Assembly (NCBI RefSeq): GCF_032191835.1
Contig: NC_083231.1
Coordinates: 8,618,001-8,682,000, forward strand
DNA length: 64,000 nt
Origin: Heteronotia binoei
Lineage: Eukaryota
Direction: 5' to 3'
In this document: positions 37,741-51,290 of the stretch, in pieces
How positions within the stretch are numbered: position 1 is the first letter of the stretch
How the letters are laid out: the number at the start of each line of letters is the position of its first letter
Position numbers and translations under genes: made by a program
The notes under the pieces: generated by a model
Told to the model about the DNA's origin: nothing
Seen by the model: the letters and a program-made list of their open reading frames with translations, nothing else
Database searches by the model: none

Positions 37741-38139
37741 ATTGTATTGAGGAAGTGAGCTCTGGAATAAATTCTGTTAATCTTTAAAGTTCCACTGGTC
37801 TTCGGTTTTGTTTAGCAAAGTCAGCGTTGGTTATTCTTTTAAGAGCACTTTCAAAGCCTGTAGAAAGAAACAGGGTATCATGCAGAATGCATATTTGTGG
37901 GGGAATACAGTGTTGCCCATTTATTTTCTCCCCACCTCCAAGAGCCAGATAAACTCTACAAATTAACAAAAAAAATGGAAGTTAAACCCTCAAGTGGCAT
38001 TTTCAGAAATTTCCATGGCAGCTGGCTGTCTGACAGCTCTCCTTGGCCAGGAATCTGGGAGAAAAGTGCCATCAGTATGCAGGTAGGGGTGCCTACATAC
38101 TCAGGGGACTTCTTAGGTATACACAAAAATATGATTTAT

Positions 38140-38472
38140 AATAGAATCAGAGTTGGAAGGGACCTCCAGGGTCATCTAGTCCAACCCCCTGCACAATGCA
38201 GGAAACTCACAAATACCTCCCCCTAAATTCACAGCATCTTCATTGTGGTCAGATGGCCATCTAGCCTCTGTTTCAATACCTCCAAGGAAGGAGAGCCCAC
38301 CACCTCCTGAGGAAGCCTGTTCCCCTGAGGAACCGCTCTAATGGTCAGGAAGTTCTTCCTAATGTTGAGCCGGAAACTCTTTTGATTTAATTTCAACTCA
38401 TTGGTTCTGATCTGACCTTCTGGGGCCACAGAAAATTATTCTGCGCCATCCTCTAGATGACAGCCCTTCACG
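38140..38472 (-). mobile_element. CR1 3' fragment, (ATTCTATG)n family
   Basis: ORF 38229-38429 matches the CR1 ORF2 end. Confidence 0.88.
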
Positions 38473-39730
38473 GAACTTTGACTCTGGAAATTTCCAAAAG
38501 AAAAAAGGGAGAACAGACTTCCCCCTTCAATGCCCTGATGACTAAACATGTTCCAGACATGGAACACTGAGATAAACTGGGCATCAAGGGGTGTAGCAAT
38601 ATTTTGATTGTATCACCAATTCTTTTGCTCTATTTTTTGTAGTACATGCTCATGCAAGGTTCAACTATTAGTGAACTCTGATTGCCTAAGGGTTTTTCTT
38701 TTCTGACAGCTGGTTTCAAAAGTTATAGAAATACTAGATTATTGTCTTTTAATAGAAAGTACAAGTTTTGGCCTTCTAATCTTGCTCAGAAAAAAATAAA
38801 AAAGAACACCCGTAAGAGGTATTCTTAGTTGCATGTGTTTGACTATCTCAGCAATAGTTAAGAACCAAACACTGATCTAGATGGTGATTACAAGGTTAAG
38901 TTAAGAAAGATTTAGCAGAAGATAAAACTCTTATTTTTCTATTTAAATGCACTGATACAATAAGTAAACCAGATACCTTTGGATGGAATTCTCAGAAGAG
39001 TTTAGGCGAGATTTCTCACACTGTGTGTGTGTGACTTGGGTTTACAGAAAGTTTCCTAAAAAAAGTGTCTCAAGACAATAGCCTGGAAGCTGGTTTCCTT
39101 TAAATTTTATTTTAATATCGTTGAGAAATGGTAGGAACCTTGGTAATTTTGGCACTTGTTTTTTGCAGTAGCTACAGGGCTAATCTTTGCATGCTTGTAT
39201 TTTTAAGGTGGTTTTAAAAAGAGAACTAATTTTTTTTCCAATAAAAGATAAAATTCCCTGAAGGTTTTCTGTGTGGTCTGTTGGTATTCATTTAAAGAAC
39301 AGAACTCACAATTAATTCATTTGCACTATCTTAGAAAGCTAATTAGTCCAGATTCTCTATTTGGATGCAGGAGTAAAACATCTCATTACAGGAGGAGTTG
39401 GCCTGCTCCATGGGACTTGTTAAGGGAGTCTTTGGAAAGTGAGACTGGATTTCCAAGTTGTTTCACTTCCTCTCCCCTCCCCCCTCAAATCCATTATAAG
39501 CCTCCAGTAGGTTTCCCCCTTATGCAAAAATCAAACTGACATTCTGAACAAACAACTGGACTTAGTGATAGGCTGGATGCTGTAACCAATGAAGTGCAAT
39601 GATGACAAGACTGACATGTGATTGGTAAATGAGAACAAATCAGCCTGTTCTACATGGGGTGACACATTTCCTACAAGAGTGTGTTTGTAGCTGGGGGATG
39701 CTACTACTAAAGGCATACATTTCCTCTGTA

Positions 39731-39997
39731 AAAAGGTAAAGGCAAACACCAGTCATTTCCAACTCTGGGGTGACGTTGCATCACAACATTTTCATGGCAG
39801 ACTTTTTTTACGGGGTGGTTTGCCATTGCCTACACTTTATCCCCAGCAAGCTGGCTACTCATTTTATCGACCTCAGGAGGATGGAAGGCTGAGTCAACCT
39901 TGAGCCGGCTAACTGAACCCAGCTTCCGCTGGGATCGAACTCAGGTTGTGAGCAGAGAGTTTGGACTGCAGTACTGCAGCTTTACCTCTCTGCGCCA
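39731..39997 (-). mobile_element. Sauria/Squam-type SINE
   Basis: Family sequence; TSD ATTTCCTCTGTA. Confidence 0.87.
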
Positions 39998-41659
39998 CGG
40001 GGCTTTTATTTCCTCTGTAGTACACACCATTTTTTAGATACTCATTTTGGTTTTGTGCTAGCTGTGGTCTTTTCTTGAAAACCCAGATTTGGCCATGGTT
40101 CTTTATACTCCCAGATTACATCTAGATTCCGCAAGAGTGTAAGAGATCAGCAGTTTTCAAACTGGTGTCCTGAGGAACACTGGATGTCCTCTGAAGCAAG
40201 GGTCCAAATGCAGCTGTTAGCAGTGAGAACTAGTAGCAGCCCGCATGGTCCGTTGATTGAAGTGTCAAACAAGGAGACTTGAGTTCAAAGTTCAATGAGT
40301 GACCTTGAACCAATCACTCTCTCAGTCTACTTACATATTGGGCTATTGTAAGGTTAAAATGTGGCAGGCACGTTCACCACCTTGAACTCCTTTGGGAAAG
40401 AATGGAATAAAGACAATAGATTTCAAAAACCTCCTGCAAATGTATGTGTTTTGCTGTCCAGTGTGGAATGGAAAATTCACACAATACTTGATTTTCCACA
40501 GAAGATTTCCCATTTCCCACAGATTCATTGTTCTATAAAACTAATCTCAACAAATGGATGCTATTGCTAATACAATATCAAGCAAGCTTGGCAGTTTCAA
40601 AGGTGCAATTATTTTTTTTTTTAAATTATCCCTAAGATTGATGTGTAAACATTTTGTTGATATGTAAGCAGAGGAGGGATCCACAGTAAATACAGTCGTC
40701 CAGATTTAAAAAAAAAATCAATTAAGGATTTGTCTGACTGGTTATGCAAGTCGAATCAAACCAAAGTTAACATTTCTATTTATATATCACCTCTTACAAA
40801 GTGAAATACTGTGATCACTAAGCTGATCTGGTACTACCAAGTAATGCTAAAGAGTGTGATAATAAAACTGAGGCGCGTGAATCATCTCAGAGAAGAGACT
40901 TAACTATATGAATGAAAAACCAGATCTACAGCATAATATGCTGGGAGTACTGCATTGACATCTTTCAGAACTTTAAGGTTTTTCTTATGTTTAAACAATG
41001 TCAGGAAAGTCCATGTTATATTGTCTTTAAATTTCCGCAAATGCTATTCCAATAAAATTAGCTTCTACATAAAGCTTTGAATTCATCTGAATACCATACT
41101 GAACTTATTTTTCCCAATTACATATGAGTATTTAAATTTTGTTGACTTAGATATAAGACAAAACAAACATACTAAATCACATCACACTCTACGTTGGGCG
41201 TGAGAACATTTTCTAATTAAAATGTTTTCAGAAAAACCACATCACCGGTTTCAAAGGCGCTCCGAAGCAGAGAAAAGGCTCAGTTCTTCCAAGCGTCTCT
41301 GGAAGTTATCCTGACCTCAAAGACAAGACCGCACCTTCCCTTAAATTAGAGGGGAAGCAGGGGCAGAGACCACAGATTCTGGCTGGGTACAAAGGTCAGC
41401 CACATTGGAAGTCCTCTCACGGGAAGCTTGTCAGGGTTCTTCAATGAGAAGGTTAACAGCGGCCAAGCTTATAAGTAATTACATTTCATCTCTTCACCAC
41501 CACCCACAATTTTCCCTACCAACTAATTAAAAAGGCAGAGAGATAAAGAAGAAATAAAGGATCACTATGAAGAGAAAAGAGTGGAAAGAAAAAGGAGAAA
41601 GGTAGGTACCTCCAGAGTAAACAGAAACAAACATTAAATGGAAATGGAAATTCTTGGAG

Positions 41660-41821
41660 CTTGGCAGGGGGAGGAACAGTGGGAGGGCTTCTAGTGTTCT
41701 GGCCCCACTGATGGACCTCCTGATGGCCCCTGGGGGTTTTTTTGCCACTGTGTGACACAAGAGTGTTGGACTGGATGGGCCATTGGTCTGATCCAACATG
41801 GCTTCTCTTATGTTCTTATGG
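41660..41821 (+). mobile_element. CR1 3' end
   Basis: Stem-loop and ttatgttcttatg tail. Confidence 0.85.
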
Positions 41822-43646
41822 GCATACTGTGTTATATACCTGTCTAATCACTGGGCACAACAGGAAAAACTGAGACTTAATCGAATTGAATGAGCACCCT
41901 GAATATTCAGCGAAGCTCTGTGGTTCTACTGCAAATTTCCCAACACCTGAAAGAATCATATACACAAAACTGCTTTACACTGAATCCGACTACTGGTCCA
42001 TCAAGGTCAGTACTGCTTACTTGGACTGGCAGCAGCTCTCCAGGGTTTCAGATTGAGGTCTTTCTCATCACCTATGACTAAACCTTTTTAGTTGGAGGTG
42101 CCAGGAACTGAACCCGAGACCTTCTGCATGTGAAGAAAACAAATGCTCTACCACTTAGCCATGGCCCCCTCCCACTGAAAGTAGAAAAGACCAAAACCCA
42201 AACAAGCAGAGAATGGGTGGAAAGGACAGTTTTTTTCCTTCTAACAAATGATGACTTAACGTTAAAAATATGAACTATTTTATCCTTTCTTCATCGTTCC
42301 CAAAAGGCATTTACAATGTGGTTTCAATAATAAGCAAACAAAATAACCGCTTGGTTTATCCAGAGGCTCCATTGTACTTAGTCTCAATTTATAACCATCT
42401 GAACTATTTACCAGGACACATGCTGTAGTAAAAAATGCTGCATAGGTAAGGAATTCAGTCCTAAACCCTCCACTCTGTGCTCAAAGCCACAAGAGACTTC
42501 TCATTTTTTGTCAAACTCAGTTCAAGCAAGGTTAGGATGGGCAGGCATATCAGGTGCTCAAACATTCCACACCCACAGAGATGCAGGGTGACACACCTGG
42601 TCTTTCATTTGTCCAGGACACCCTGTGCAAAAACTATGCAGTCCCCTAGGTTAGTAGTCACACATCTTCAAAAGTATATTACCCTGACCTGGATAGCCCA
42701 AATTAGCCTGATTTATCTCAGAAGCTAAGTAGAGTCAGCCCTGGTTAGTAGCTAGATGGGAAATCACCAAGGAAGGGTTGCTACTAGGGTGGTTCAAACA
42801 CAAAAATGGTGGTTTATTTAGTTTCATGGTCCAATGGGTTGCCAAATTTGTTTGTTTATTTAATTTTGTGCCCCCCCCCCCCAATTTCCTGAACGATTTG
42901 TGGTTTGTTCAGTTTGGGAAGGCATAGAATTGCCCATGAGAGGGCTAGTGGTGCCAAATTTGCGGCAAAATCTTCAGTGGACTCTCCACTACCTGCTCTC
43001 TAAGTTTTCTGCAAATTGGATTCTGGGGGGCCGAGCTACAGCCCCCCAAAGCAGCTGCCCTCCATCTAGTCAGTTTCACTGGAAACTGACCAGAAGGATG
43101 GGGGCTGGGGAGAGCTGTCAAGCATGCTGTTTCTAAGTATTGCTTTACTCCTACTTTATCATTCTCCCTTCCTTCCCCCCCCTTTCCTTTATCCTCTTTT
43201 TCTTTCAGTAGATGCATAATAAATCTCCCTGCTTCAGGATGTGTAAGTAACCTTGTACTAGAAATGCAAAATGCCTCTCCCACAGGTTCTCACCAAAAGG
43301 TCTTATCAGCAAGTAGAGAATGTGTGAGAAAAGTAAATGTCTGCATTCCTCAGTACCCAAAAAGATAGCTGTTGGTAGCCTTTGAACTATCGATGCAATT
43401 TGCATCTATATGTTATTCTTTTGAAGTTATCTGTAACCCTGCCTTTGAAGTAACCTTTAAGATACTCTGCTTTATGACAATCTGTATCACTTCCAAGGTT
43501 TGAGTCTTGGAACACGTCATGGAATTTCAATAAAACAAGCCTTTGATTCAAAAAACAAAAGCTTGATTATTTCGAAATATCGATGCTTGGCATTTTAGAA
43601 GTGATCTTCCTTGGGAATTTAACCGAACTGGCAACTTTCTAACTGT

Positions 43647-44645
43647 ATGGCGGAAAGAACTCCAGATAACGGCAGATTCCCTACAACGCCAGATAGGATA
43701 CGAGGCGGACCCCGAGAAGAGGATGCCGGGGTGAGGACACCGCTGTGGCACATCATCGATGCCCATCGAGTCACGGGGAGAGGGTCCCCCTTACACATCC
43801 AGCAACTGTTTATCACCCCTAAAGTGTGGGTACCCAGAACCTCCACAGCCCTAATGGATGAAGCACCGGCTCGGAGAGAAGCAATTCTGGCAGGGCCATC
43901 CTGACGAAGACGACCGGGGGAAGAGAGCGGCCAGGACGGCGCGAGAGGCAGAGGGGGTCGAGACGAACCGAGACCCGAGGAGGACAGAGGTGACCCAGAT
44001 CGTCCATGCCCGGACGATGAGGAAGAGGAACCCAATCTTGATGACAGAGGGCTCTTCCAAATGGTGAGGGATGAGATGGCCAAAATGGCCAAATGCCTGA
44101 GGGACGAGATGCAAGCCAATGCCACACTCATGGCGCAAGAGATGAGGAAGCAACTGGAGAGAATACTGCAGTTGGCAGACCCAAGAGGAGGGCCGATATC
44201 TCCTCCGGTGAGGCAGCCAGCCACTCCGCCACCTCCACTACCTCTCCTCCCCCGAGACTATGGGAGAGGGAGAGAACTGGATGCCACCTTCGATGGGGAT
44301 TCTGAAGAGGTGGAATATTTCTCCATTCAAGCCAACAGCTTCATGCACTACTGGGGGAACACCTTCCCTGACGAATTCAGCAGAGTGGATTACTTGGGAT
44401 CTAAGCTGAAGGGGGCTGCGAAGCGCTGGTACGTGAGCCTGCATGAAACCAGGAGCCCTGAATTAGACACAGTGGCCGCTTTTCTCCAAGCCCTTATAAC
44501 CCAATATGAAGACCCTCTCCAAGAGACCAGAGCCCTCACCACCCTACGAGACCTGCAGCAGGGATCTAAATCAGTGCGTGAGTACGCTGCTGAGTTCCGG
44601 GCCAACACGGCTGAAGTCCGGGGTTGGAACGAACTAATGTACTAA
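43647..44645 (+). pseudogene. Gypsy gag with one in-frame TGA (43902-43904), truncated by a deletion
   Basis: ORFs 43647 and 44061 share a frame; capsid-like FDGDSEEVEYF...LGSKLKGAAKRWY...LQQGSKSVREYAAEF. Confidence 0.85.
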
Positions 44646-46362
44646 GTACCCTTTACGAAAATCAACTATACACCAAGCTGTCCAAATGTGAGTTCCACAA
44701 GGCGGAACTAGACTATTTAGGATATAGAGTGTCTGGGAAAGGACTGGCCATTGACCCTGCTAAAATCCAAGCAGTATTAGACTGGGAACCCCCAAGGACA
44801 CGTAGACAGCTCCAATCGTTCCTTGGATTCGTGAATTTTTACCGTAACTTCATACAAGGGTTTGCGCAAATGATGCTACCGCTAACCAATCTCAAAACGA
44901 AGGGGAAGGGTCCAGAGGCCAAACGACCGGAGGTCAAACTGGAGTGGATGGCTAAATGCCAAGAAGCGTTCAATAAACTAAAAAGACTATTCACTAGTGA
45001 GCCTATTCTAACTCACCCAAATGAACTAAAACCCTTTGTGATGCAATGCGACGCCTCTGACATCGCCGTGGGGGCAATTCTGATGCAATCTGATGAGGAA
45101 GGGGCATTAAAGTGTTGTGCATACATTTCCAAAGAATTCTCTCACGAGCAGAGAAGTTGGTCCATTTGGGACAAAGAAGCATTCGCAGTAACTTTCGTTT
45201 TAAAAACCTGGAGATCATGGTTAGAGGGAGCGAGGGTTCCATTTGAAATTTGGACAGACCATAAAAACTTGGAAGGCCTCACAGGACGAAGGAAATTAAC
45301 TGAAAAGCAGATTCGGTGGGCAGGCTTCTTTGCTAAGTTTGATTTTACCCTAAAACATATCCTGGGGTCAAAGAACTTCCTAGCGGACGCCTTATCCAAA
45401 CTCCCACAACACAATAGTCAAAGGGAGGAGGTAACTGACTCTCTCATTCCACCAAGCCAGTTAGGAGGGGCTGTAACTACCCGCTCCAAAGCGAAGCGAG
45501 AAAATTTTGAAGAAAAGGGGGGGTGGGGTGAGAGACTAATTGCAGAAGTAGAAAAAGAAGGAGACCACAAGCCAGAGGGAGTTACTAAAGGAGAAGGGGG
45601 ATTCTGGTACAGAGACGGTAAACTTTATGTACCAGAAAGTCTCAGAAAAGAAGTACTGCAATTTTGCCATAGCAGCAAACTTTCAGGACACTTTGGATAT
45701 GTGAAAACCCTGCATTTGAGGAATCGACAATTTTGGTGGCCATTTATGAAAAAGACATTTCCAATTATGTATCGTCATGCCCAATGTGTATAATGGCCAA
45801 GAAACGGGGAGGGAAACCCCCAGGACTATTACAACCCTTAGAAACAACTACCCGACCATAGTCGGTAGTTTCTATGGACTTCATTGTGGAGCTACCAACG
45901 TCACAAGGGAAAACCGTAATTCTGGTAATAGTGGACACTTTTTCCAAACAAGCCCATTTCATCCCTGGTACTCAACTGCCAACTGCTAAGAAACTAGCGC
46001 ACTTGTTTTTCCAACACGTGGTAAAACTACACTCATTCCCGGATAAGGTAATTAGCGACCGGGGCTTGCAGTTCATTGCCAACTTCTGGCGGGAGTTTTG
46101 TAAACTAACAGGAATTGAGCAAGGGTTAAGTTCGGCGTATCACCCACAGACCGACGGAGAGGGTGAACGCGCTGCTGGAGCAATATTTGAGATGCTTTGT
46201 GAACTACCAGCAATCTAACTGGGTAGAACTTTTGCCTATCACTGAATATGGATATAACAATAGTGTATATAGCTCTATAAAGTCTTCACCATTTCTGATA
46301 GTGAATGGTTATGAAGGGAAACCTTGACTTAGCAAAAGACACTTACAAAAAGCATTACGATA
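44640..46362 (+). pseudogene. Gypsy pol remnant (RT C-terminus, RNase H, integrase) with frameshift and stop
   Basis: KLSKCEF...YLGY; CDASD, EAFAV, WTDHKNL; HHCC zinc finger broken by a frameshift near 45750; TAG in place of W before SMDFIV; SDRG, HPQTDG. Confidence 0.92.
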
Positions 46363-48864
46363 AAAGCCATACACTGGTGTGGGACTTCAATCGGAATGCT
46401 TTTTGTAAGTGTCTTTGGCTAAGTCCAGGTTTTCTTGAATAGTTTTCCAAACCTTCCCTAGGCTACCCCACCATTGTTCGAATGAAGAAGGCACTTCCGG
46501 GGTCGACCCACCCGATAACAAGGGGAAAGGCTTCCCTTCATAACCATTCACTATCAGAAATGGTGAAGACTTTGTAGAGCTATGTACACTATTGTTATAC
46601 CCATATTCAGCGAAAGGCACTTCTACTCTCTAGTCTAGTGTGGAGGCTGGGGAATTATTCCAGGCTGTCTGGAAAAACAAACTAAACACCAACCAAACAA
46701 CATGTCAAGAAAAAAGGCCGATTTGTTTTTATGTTTGGATGTGGTGGGATCAGATGAACCAGTTCAGAATGAACTACGAATCAGCCATCTTTAGCATAAA
46801 TCACAATTTGTGGTTCGGTTTGTGCCCATCCCTAGTTGCTGCATACAGACAGGCTTTTATTTAATTACATTGCACCTTTCTGCCCTCACAAAGGCCGCCA
46901 AGATGAAACGTACATGATAAAATCACATTTCAAAACCTTTAAAATCAACCCTTCCCCCCACAAACATCACTGAAACAAATTAAAAACAGTCGCAATACAT
47001 ACAAAGATAGATTTTTAAAAAATTGACAAACCACCCCTGATTGTCTCGTCTTGAATACACTATTGTTGGGGTCACTGTAAGTTGGCTGCAACTTGACGGC
47101 CAACATTTTTTAAAGTGTATCAGTCTTGCAGGGGGCTCCCATCCATATTTTTCATCTCAGTGAGCTGGAGACCCACAGTTAATACCTGCTGGAAAAGTAG
47201 GACATCGAGTTCCTGCTTTTCTTTCTTCCGCTATGGGATAGTGGAAAAGATGCTATGCTCCATCAATTTTACAGACAGGCTCACTGCCTTTTGCTCACTG
47301 CGCATCAAGGTGAGGAAGAAATCTTACCCACCCACCCCTTTATATTGCAAGATTTTCTAAAAAAATATTTGCAGTGGGACCTGGAGTAGTTTCATAAGTA
47401 GAAAGAACAAGGGAAAATCACAACTTCTGCAGGACTCAGCTGGCACTTCTCTCCCCCCTTTTGCTGCTCAAATCTAGAAGGACTCAAATCTATGAACTAC
47501 TCTTACATTTCGATTTCAATCGCCTCTCTTGGTTTTAACTAGGCTGGTGGGTCTGATAACTACCTTCAGTAAATTTATTTTGAAAGAGAAAATCACAGCA
47601 GAAGTTTCAATAAGCTCCAAAAGCTTTCCGCCTAATTCATGCCACAAGTCAGCCCGAGGCAGACTGCATACTCTGCACCACCCAGAAGTCACTACATTCC
47701 TTCCCAAGAACAAAATTGAATGTGAGATATTAAAATAAGCTACTTGACAAAAAACAGTGACTGAAGCACCAGTGCTATGGGCAATTACTTCAGAGTAGGA
47801 ATCCTGACCACAAAGGGCATTCCTTTAAAGAATCCTGCTTAAGATTGGGCCTGATTAAATGGAATCAAAAAGCTGGAGCTTGTATAAGCCAGAAATAAAT
47901 GCAAAGATAGATTTCTAACCAATTCTTCTAAAAAAATTAAATGCCAGAAATGTGAGTAAAAGAACATTTCACAGACATACTTCCTCATATTCTGATCTAG
48001 CTGCAGGTACCCAGAGGAAGGGAAAGTATTTAGTAAAAACTAAAGACACTGGTGGCAGAAAGTGCTGTCAAGCCGCAACCTCTCATTCGGGTTTCAAGGC
48101 AGGAGATGAGCAGAGGTGAATTGCTCTTGCCTGCCTGTGCATAGAAGCCCTGGGCTTCCTTGGTGGTCTCTCATCAAGAACTACTAACCAGGGCTGACCC
48201 TGTTAACTTCCAAGATCTGACAAGATCAAGCTGTCCTGGGGTCAGGTTGGGCCTGCCATGTTTTCTTTTCTTTGGAAATACATTAAGTTTCGTTCTCCTA
48301 ATGCTTGCCTGTAACCATGTATTTTATGCTTTAAGAGAGTGCAGGAGGTGGAGAGCCCTTGCTATATACATATATCACTGCTGTAGCTCACTGGCTTATC
48401 TCGTTGTTATAGCAGCGAGCCTATTTGGCTTGGGAATGTAACTGTGGCCTTGGAGGTGAGAAACCTCAGAAGAGGTCTCACGCCTTTCAGTACTGAACTT
48501 TATGGGAACCAACAGACCCTTGGGGGTGGGGACGCTTTTAGTGTGCGTTTTTCGTTTCCTGTAACTGTAACGGTTTCACCTGACCAGCCATTCCTGACAA
48601 TGGCTTTCCAGCAGAAGGCCATATCCTGTATCCGAGTTTAATAAACCCAACCATGTTCATATGAGCATGGATTTGTTGAGTTGGTAACTGGCAGAACCTT
48701 ACACTTGGGCCATCCAGGGCGGCAAAATTATCAGCATTTGGCAAAAGCAAAATAAAACACGTCAGTATTAGATAACTTCTGCATTGAAGTTAGCGCTGTG
48801 TACACCCTGCAACTATATGCCGTTAAGTATCACCCATGATTAATTCATAGAGGTAGTTCCCAGT

Positions 48865-49140
48865 GCAAACACCAGTCATTTCTGACTCTGGGGTGATGTC
48901 ACATCATGACATTTTCACAGCAGACTTTTTAATGCAGTGGTTTGCCATTGCCTTCCCCAATCATCTACACTTTCCCTCCCCCCAGCAAGCTGGGTACTCA
49001 TTTTACCGTCCTCGGAAGGATGGAAGGCTGAGTCAACCTTGAGCCGGCTGCCTGAACCCAGCTTCCACTGGGATCAAACTCAGGTTGTGAGCAGAGCCTG
49101 GACTGCAAACCTGCAGCTTACCACTCTGCGCCACGGGGCT
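48865..49140 (-). mobile_element. Sauria/Squam-type SINE
   Basis: Family sequence. Confidence 0.87.
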
Positions 49141-50844
49141 TAATTCATAACACAGCATTAAATGTTCTGCTCCACACATACTCATCACCCCTAAAATGTA
49201 ATATAATTCAACTTTGTGGCAACATAGAGAATCTGCATTAAGAGGTACTAGCTGCAAATGCAACCTAAAGACAAATCAGTGAACCACACAACTAGTTAAA
49301 CAAGCCTAAACGAGTTTTAGTCCCGTATTTCTTGGACAAACATCCACTCAAGACCCAAAGCAAATTTTTTTCTGAAATGGAGACTTTCTAAAGCAGTTCC
49401 GAGAGTACAGCCTAAGGTGTTTTTGTTTCATTTTTGTTTTAAATATTCCACTGCAGCAAGAATGCCCAAGATCATTTTGTTACATGCAGGACATCCATTA
49501 GAAAGTTGGAAAAGGGAAAGAACCTAACGAAAAAAAACTTAATTCAGGTAGGTAGCTGTGTTGGTCTGAAGCAGTGGGACAAAGCTTGAGTCTAGTGGCA
49601 CCTTTAAAGCCAGCATTACATTTTGTTGGTCTTAAAAGTGCCACTGGACTCAAACCTTGGTCTAAACAAGCTTAAATAATTCATCATGTGTCCCACAGAA
49701 GCTACTTGAAGTGCCTTTTGAGTTATACATAATTATGAACTCCAAAACTGTTGCAATCAGAGTTTAATGAAGGGTTCCCATTCAGATGTATGAACAAGAG
49801 AGAATCCAAGCCATTCTTTCCAGAACAGTCATCTGCGAAGGACCAACATGCACCAAGTAAAGATATCTACTCAAAACTGTTTTCCCTCAGAAAGGAACAA
49901 AGAATCCAAACATGCATAGGAAACAGATATACTTTATCAGTTGCTATTATTGTATTACACACCGGGGGGGGGGGGGGGGGAGGGCAATTAGAAAATACTT
50001 CTGGTACCACATTAGACTGCCGGCCTGCCAAGATCTGGGGCTAAGTGAGGTTTCCTTCTCAACCAGCCATTAACCTCAGAAATTTGCCACTTGAGTGCAA
50101 TGGTTCAACCATGCCGATTACAAAAAAAAGGAAAAAAAAGAAAAAAACCCAGATAGGTTAAAAAGAAGATGCCTAACTAGCCTAGAATTAGAGCAATGCA
50201 ATGTGTGGGAAAGGGATTGTTTGTTATGTATGGGAGAATTTGGAGGAAGGGACATATTCTTTACACTCCCGTCCCGATTCCATTTTCACACACACAGCCA
50301 CTTCAAGGTGCTTTAGGGACTCTCGAGCTGGGCAATTTTTGAGATGGGCAATTCATCAGGGAGTGTTTAAGTGGGCAATTAATCAGTGAGATCTTTTCCT
50401 CTAATCCAAATAAATCCCCCAGGAGTCTTCCACACAGCATTCCAACACCCACCAACTATCTCTTTTTCTCTTCTCCCCCTTTTAAATGATGCTCAACTGC
50501 CTTAAACGTTTCATGTCTTTTGGAGGGCAATGACTATACTCAGTTGGCGAGGGGTCCTTTTAATTTACAAACTAGCATGAGGAGGGGAGGGAGCATGGTA
50601 TAGACCAGTCTCATCAGATCCTGAAAGCGAAGTAGGGTTGGTGTGTGGCTGGGAGACTACCACAAAAGAGTCTACAGAGGAAGGCAATGGCAAACCACCT
50701 CCGCTTCTTCTTACTTGCCTTGAAAGTACATTGGTGGAGTCACTGTCAGTTGTGACCTGCCACCATACACTTATGTGAGAGGTTTAATTGATTCTTTGAC
50801 TGCAGGTGCCCCCATTTCACTGTTCTAGTAACAAGCACTGGGCC

Positions 50845-51290
50845 AGAGGAGGGCGACGAAGAAGGTGAGGGGTCTGTAGACCAAGTTCTATGAAGAAAGG
50901 TTGAAGGAGCTGGGCATGTTTAGCCTGGAGAGGAGGCGGCTGAGACGTGACATGATCACCATCTTCAAGTACTTGAAGGGTTGTCATATAGAGGATGGTG
51001 TGGAATTGTTTTCTGTGGCCCCGGAAGGTTAACATTAAATCAAAAGAGTTTCTGTCTCAACATCAGGAAGAACTTCCTGACCATCAAGAGTGGTTCCTCA
51101 GTGGAACAGGCTTCCTCAGGAGGTGGCGGGCTCTCCTTCTATGGAGGTTTTTAAACAGAGGCTAGCTGACATCTGACAGCCGTGAGGACGCTGTGAATTT
51201 GGGGGGAGGTATTTGTGAGCTTCCTGCATTGTGCAGGAGGTTGAGCTAGATGACCCCGGAGGCCCTTTCCAACTCTGTGATTCTATGATT
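50845..51290 (+). mobile_element. CR1 3' fragment, (ATTCTATG)n family
   Basis: Similar to 29475-30046. Confidence 0.88.

Larger units (their letters stand above)
43242..46626 (+). mobile_element. Ty3/Gypsy (sushi/chromovirus-like) LTR retrotransposon, internally deleted, no 3' LTR
   Basis: Candidate 5' LTR from TGT at 43242 with AATAAA near 43529; gag, RT C-terminus/RNase H and integrase motifs; ends in an inverted integrase segment. Confidence 0.93.

Noticed and set aside
47100-47340. Protein-like minus-strand stretch (LMRSEQKAVSLSVKLMEHSIF...)
   Set aside because: Contains an internal stop and no recognisable motif; cannot be assigned without a search.
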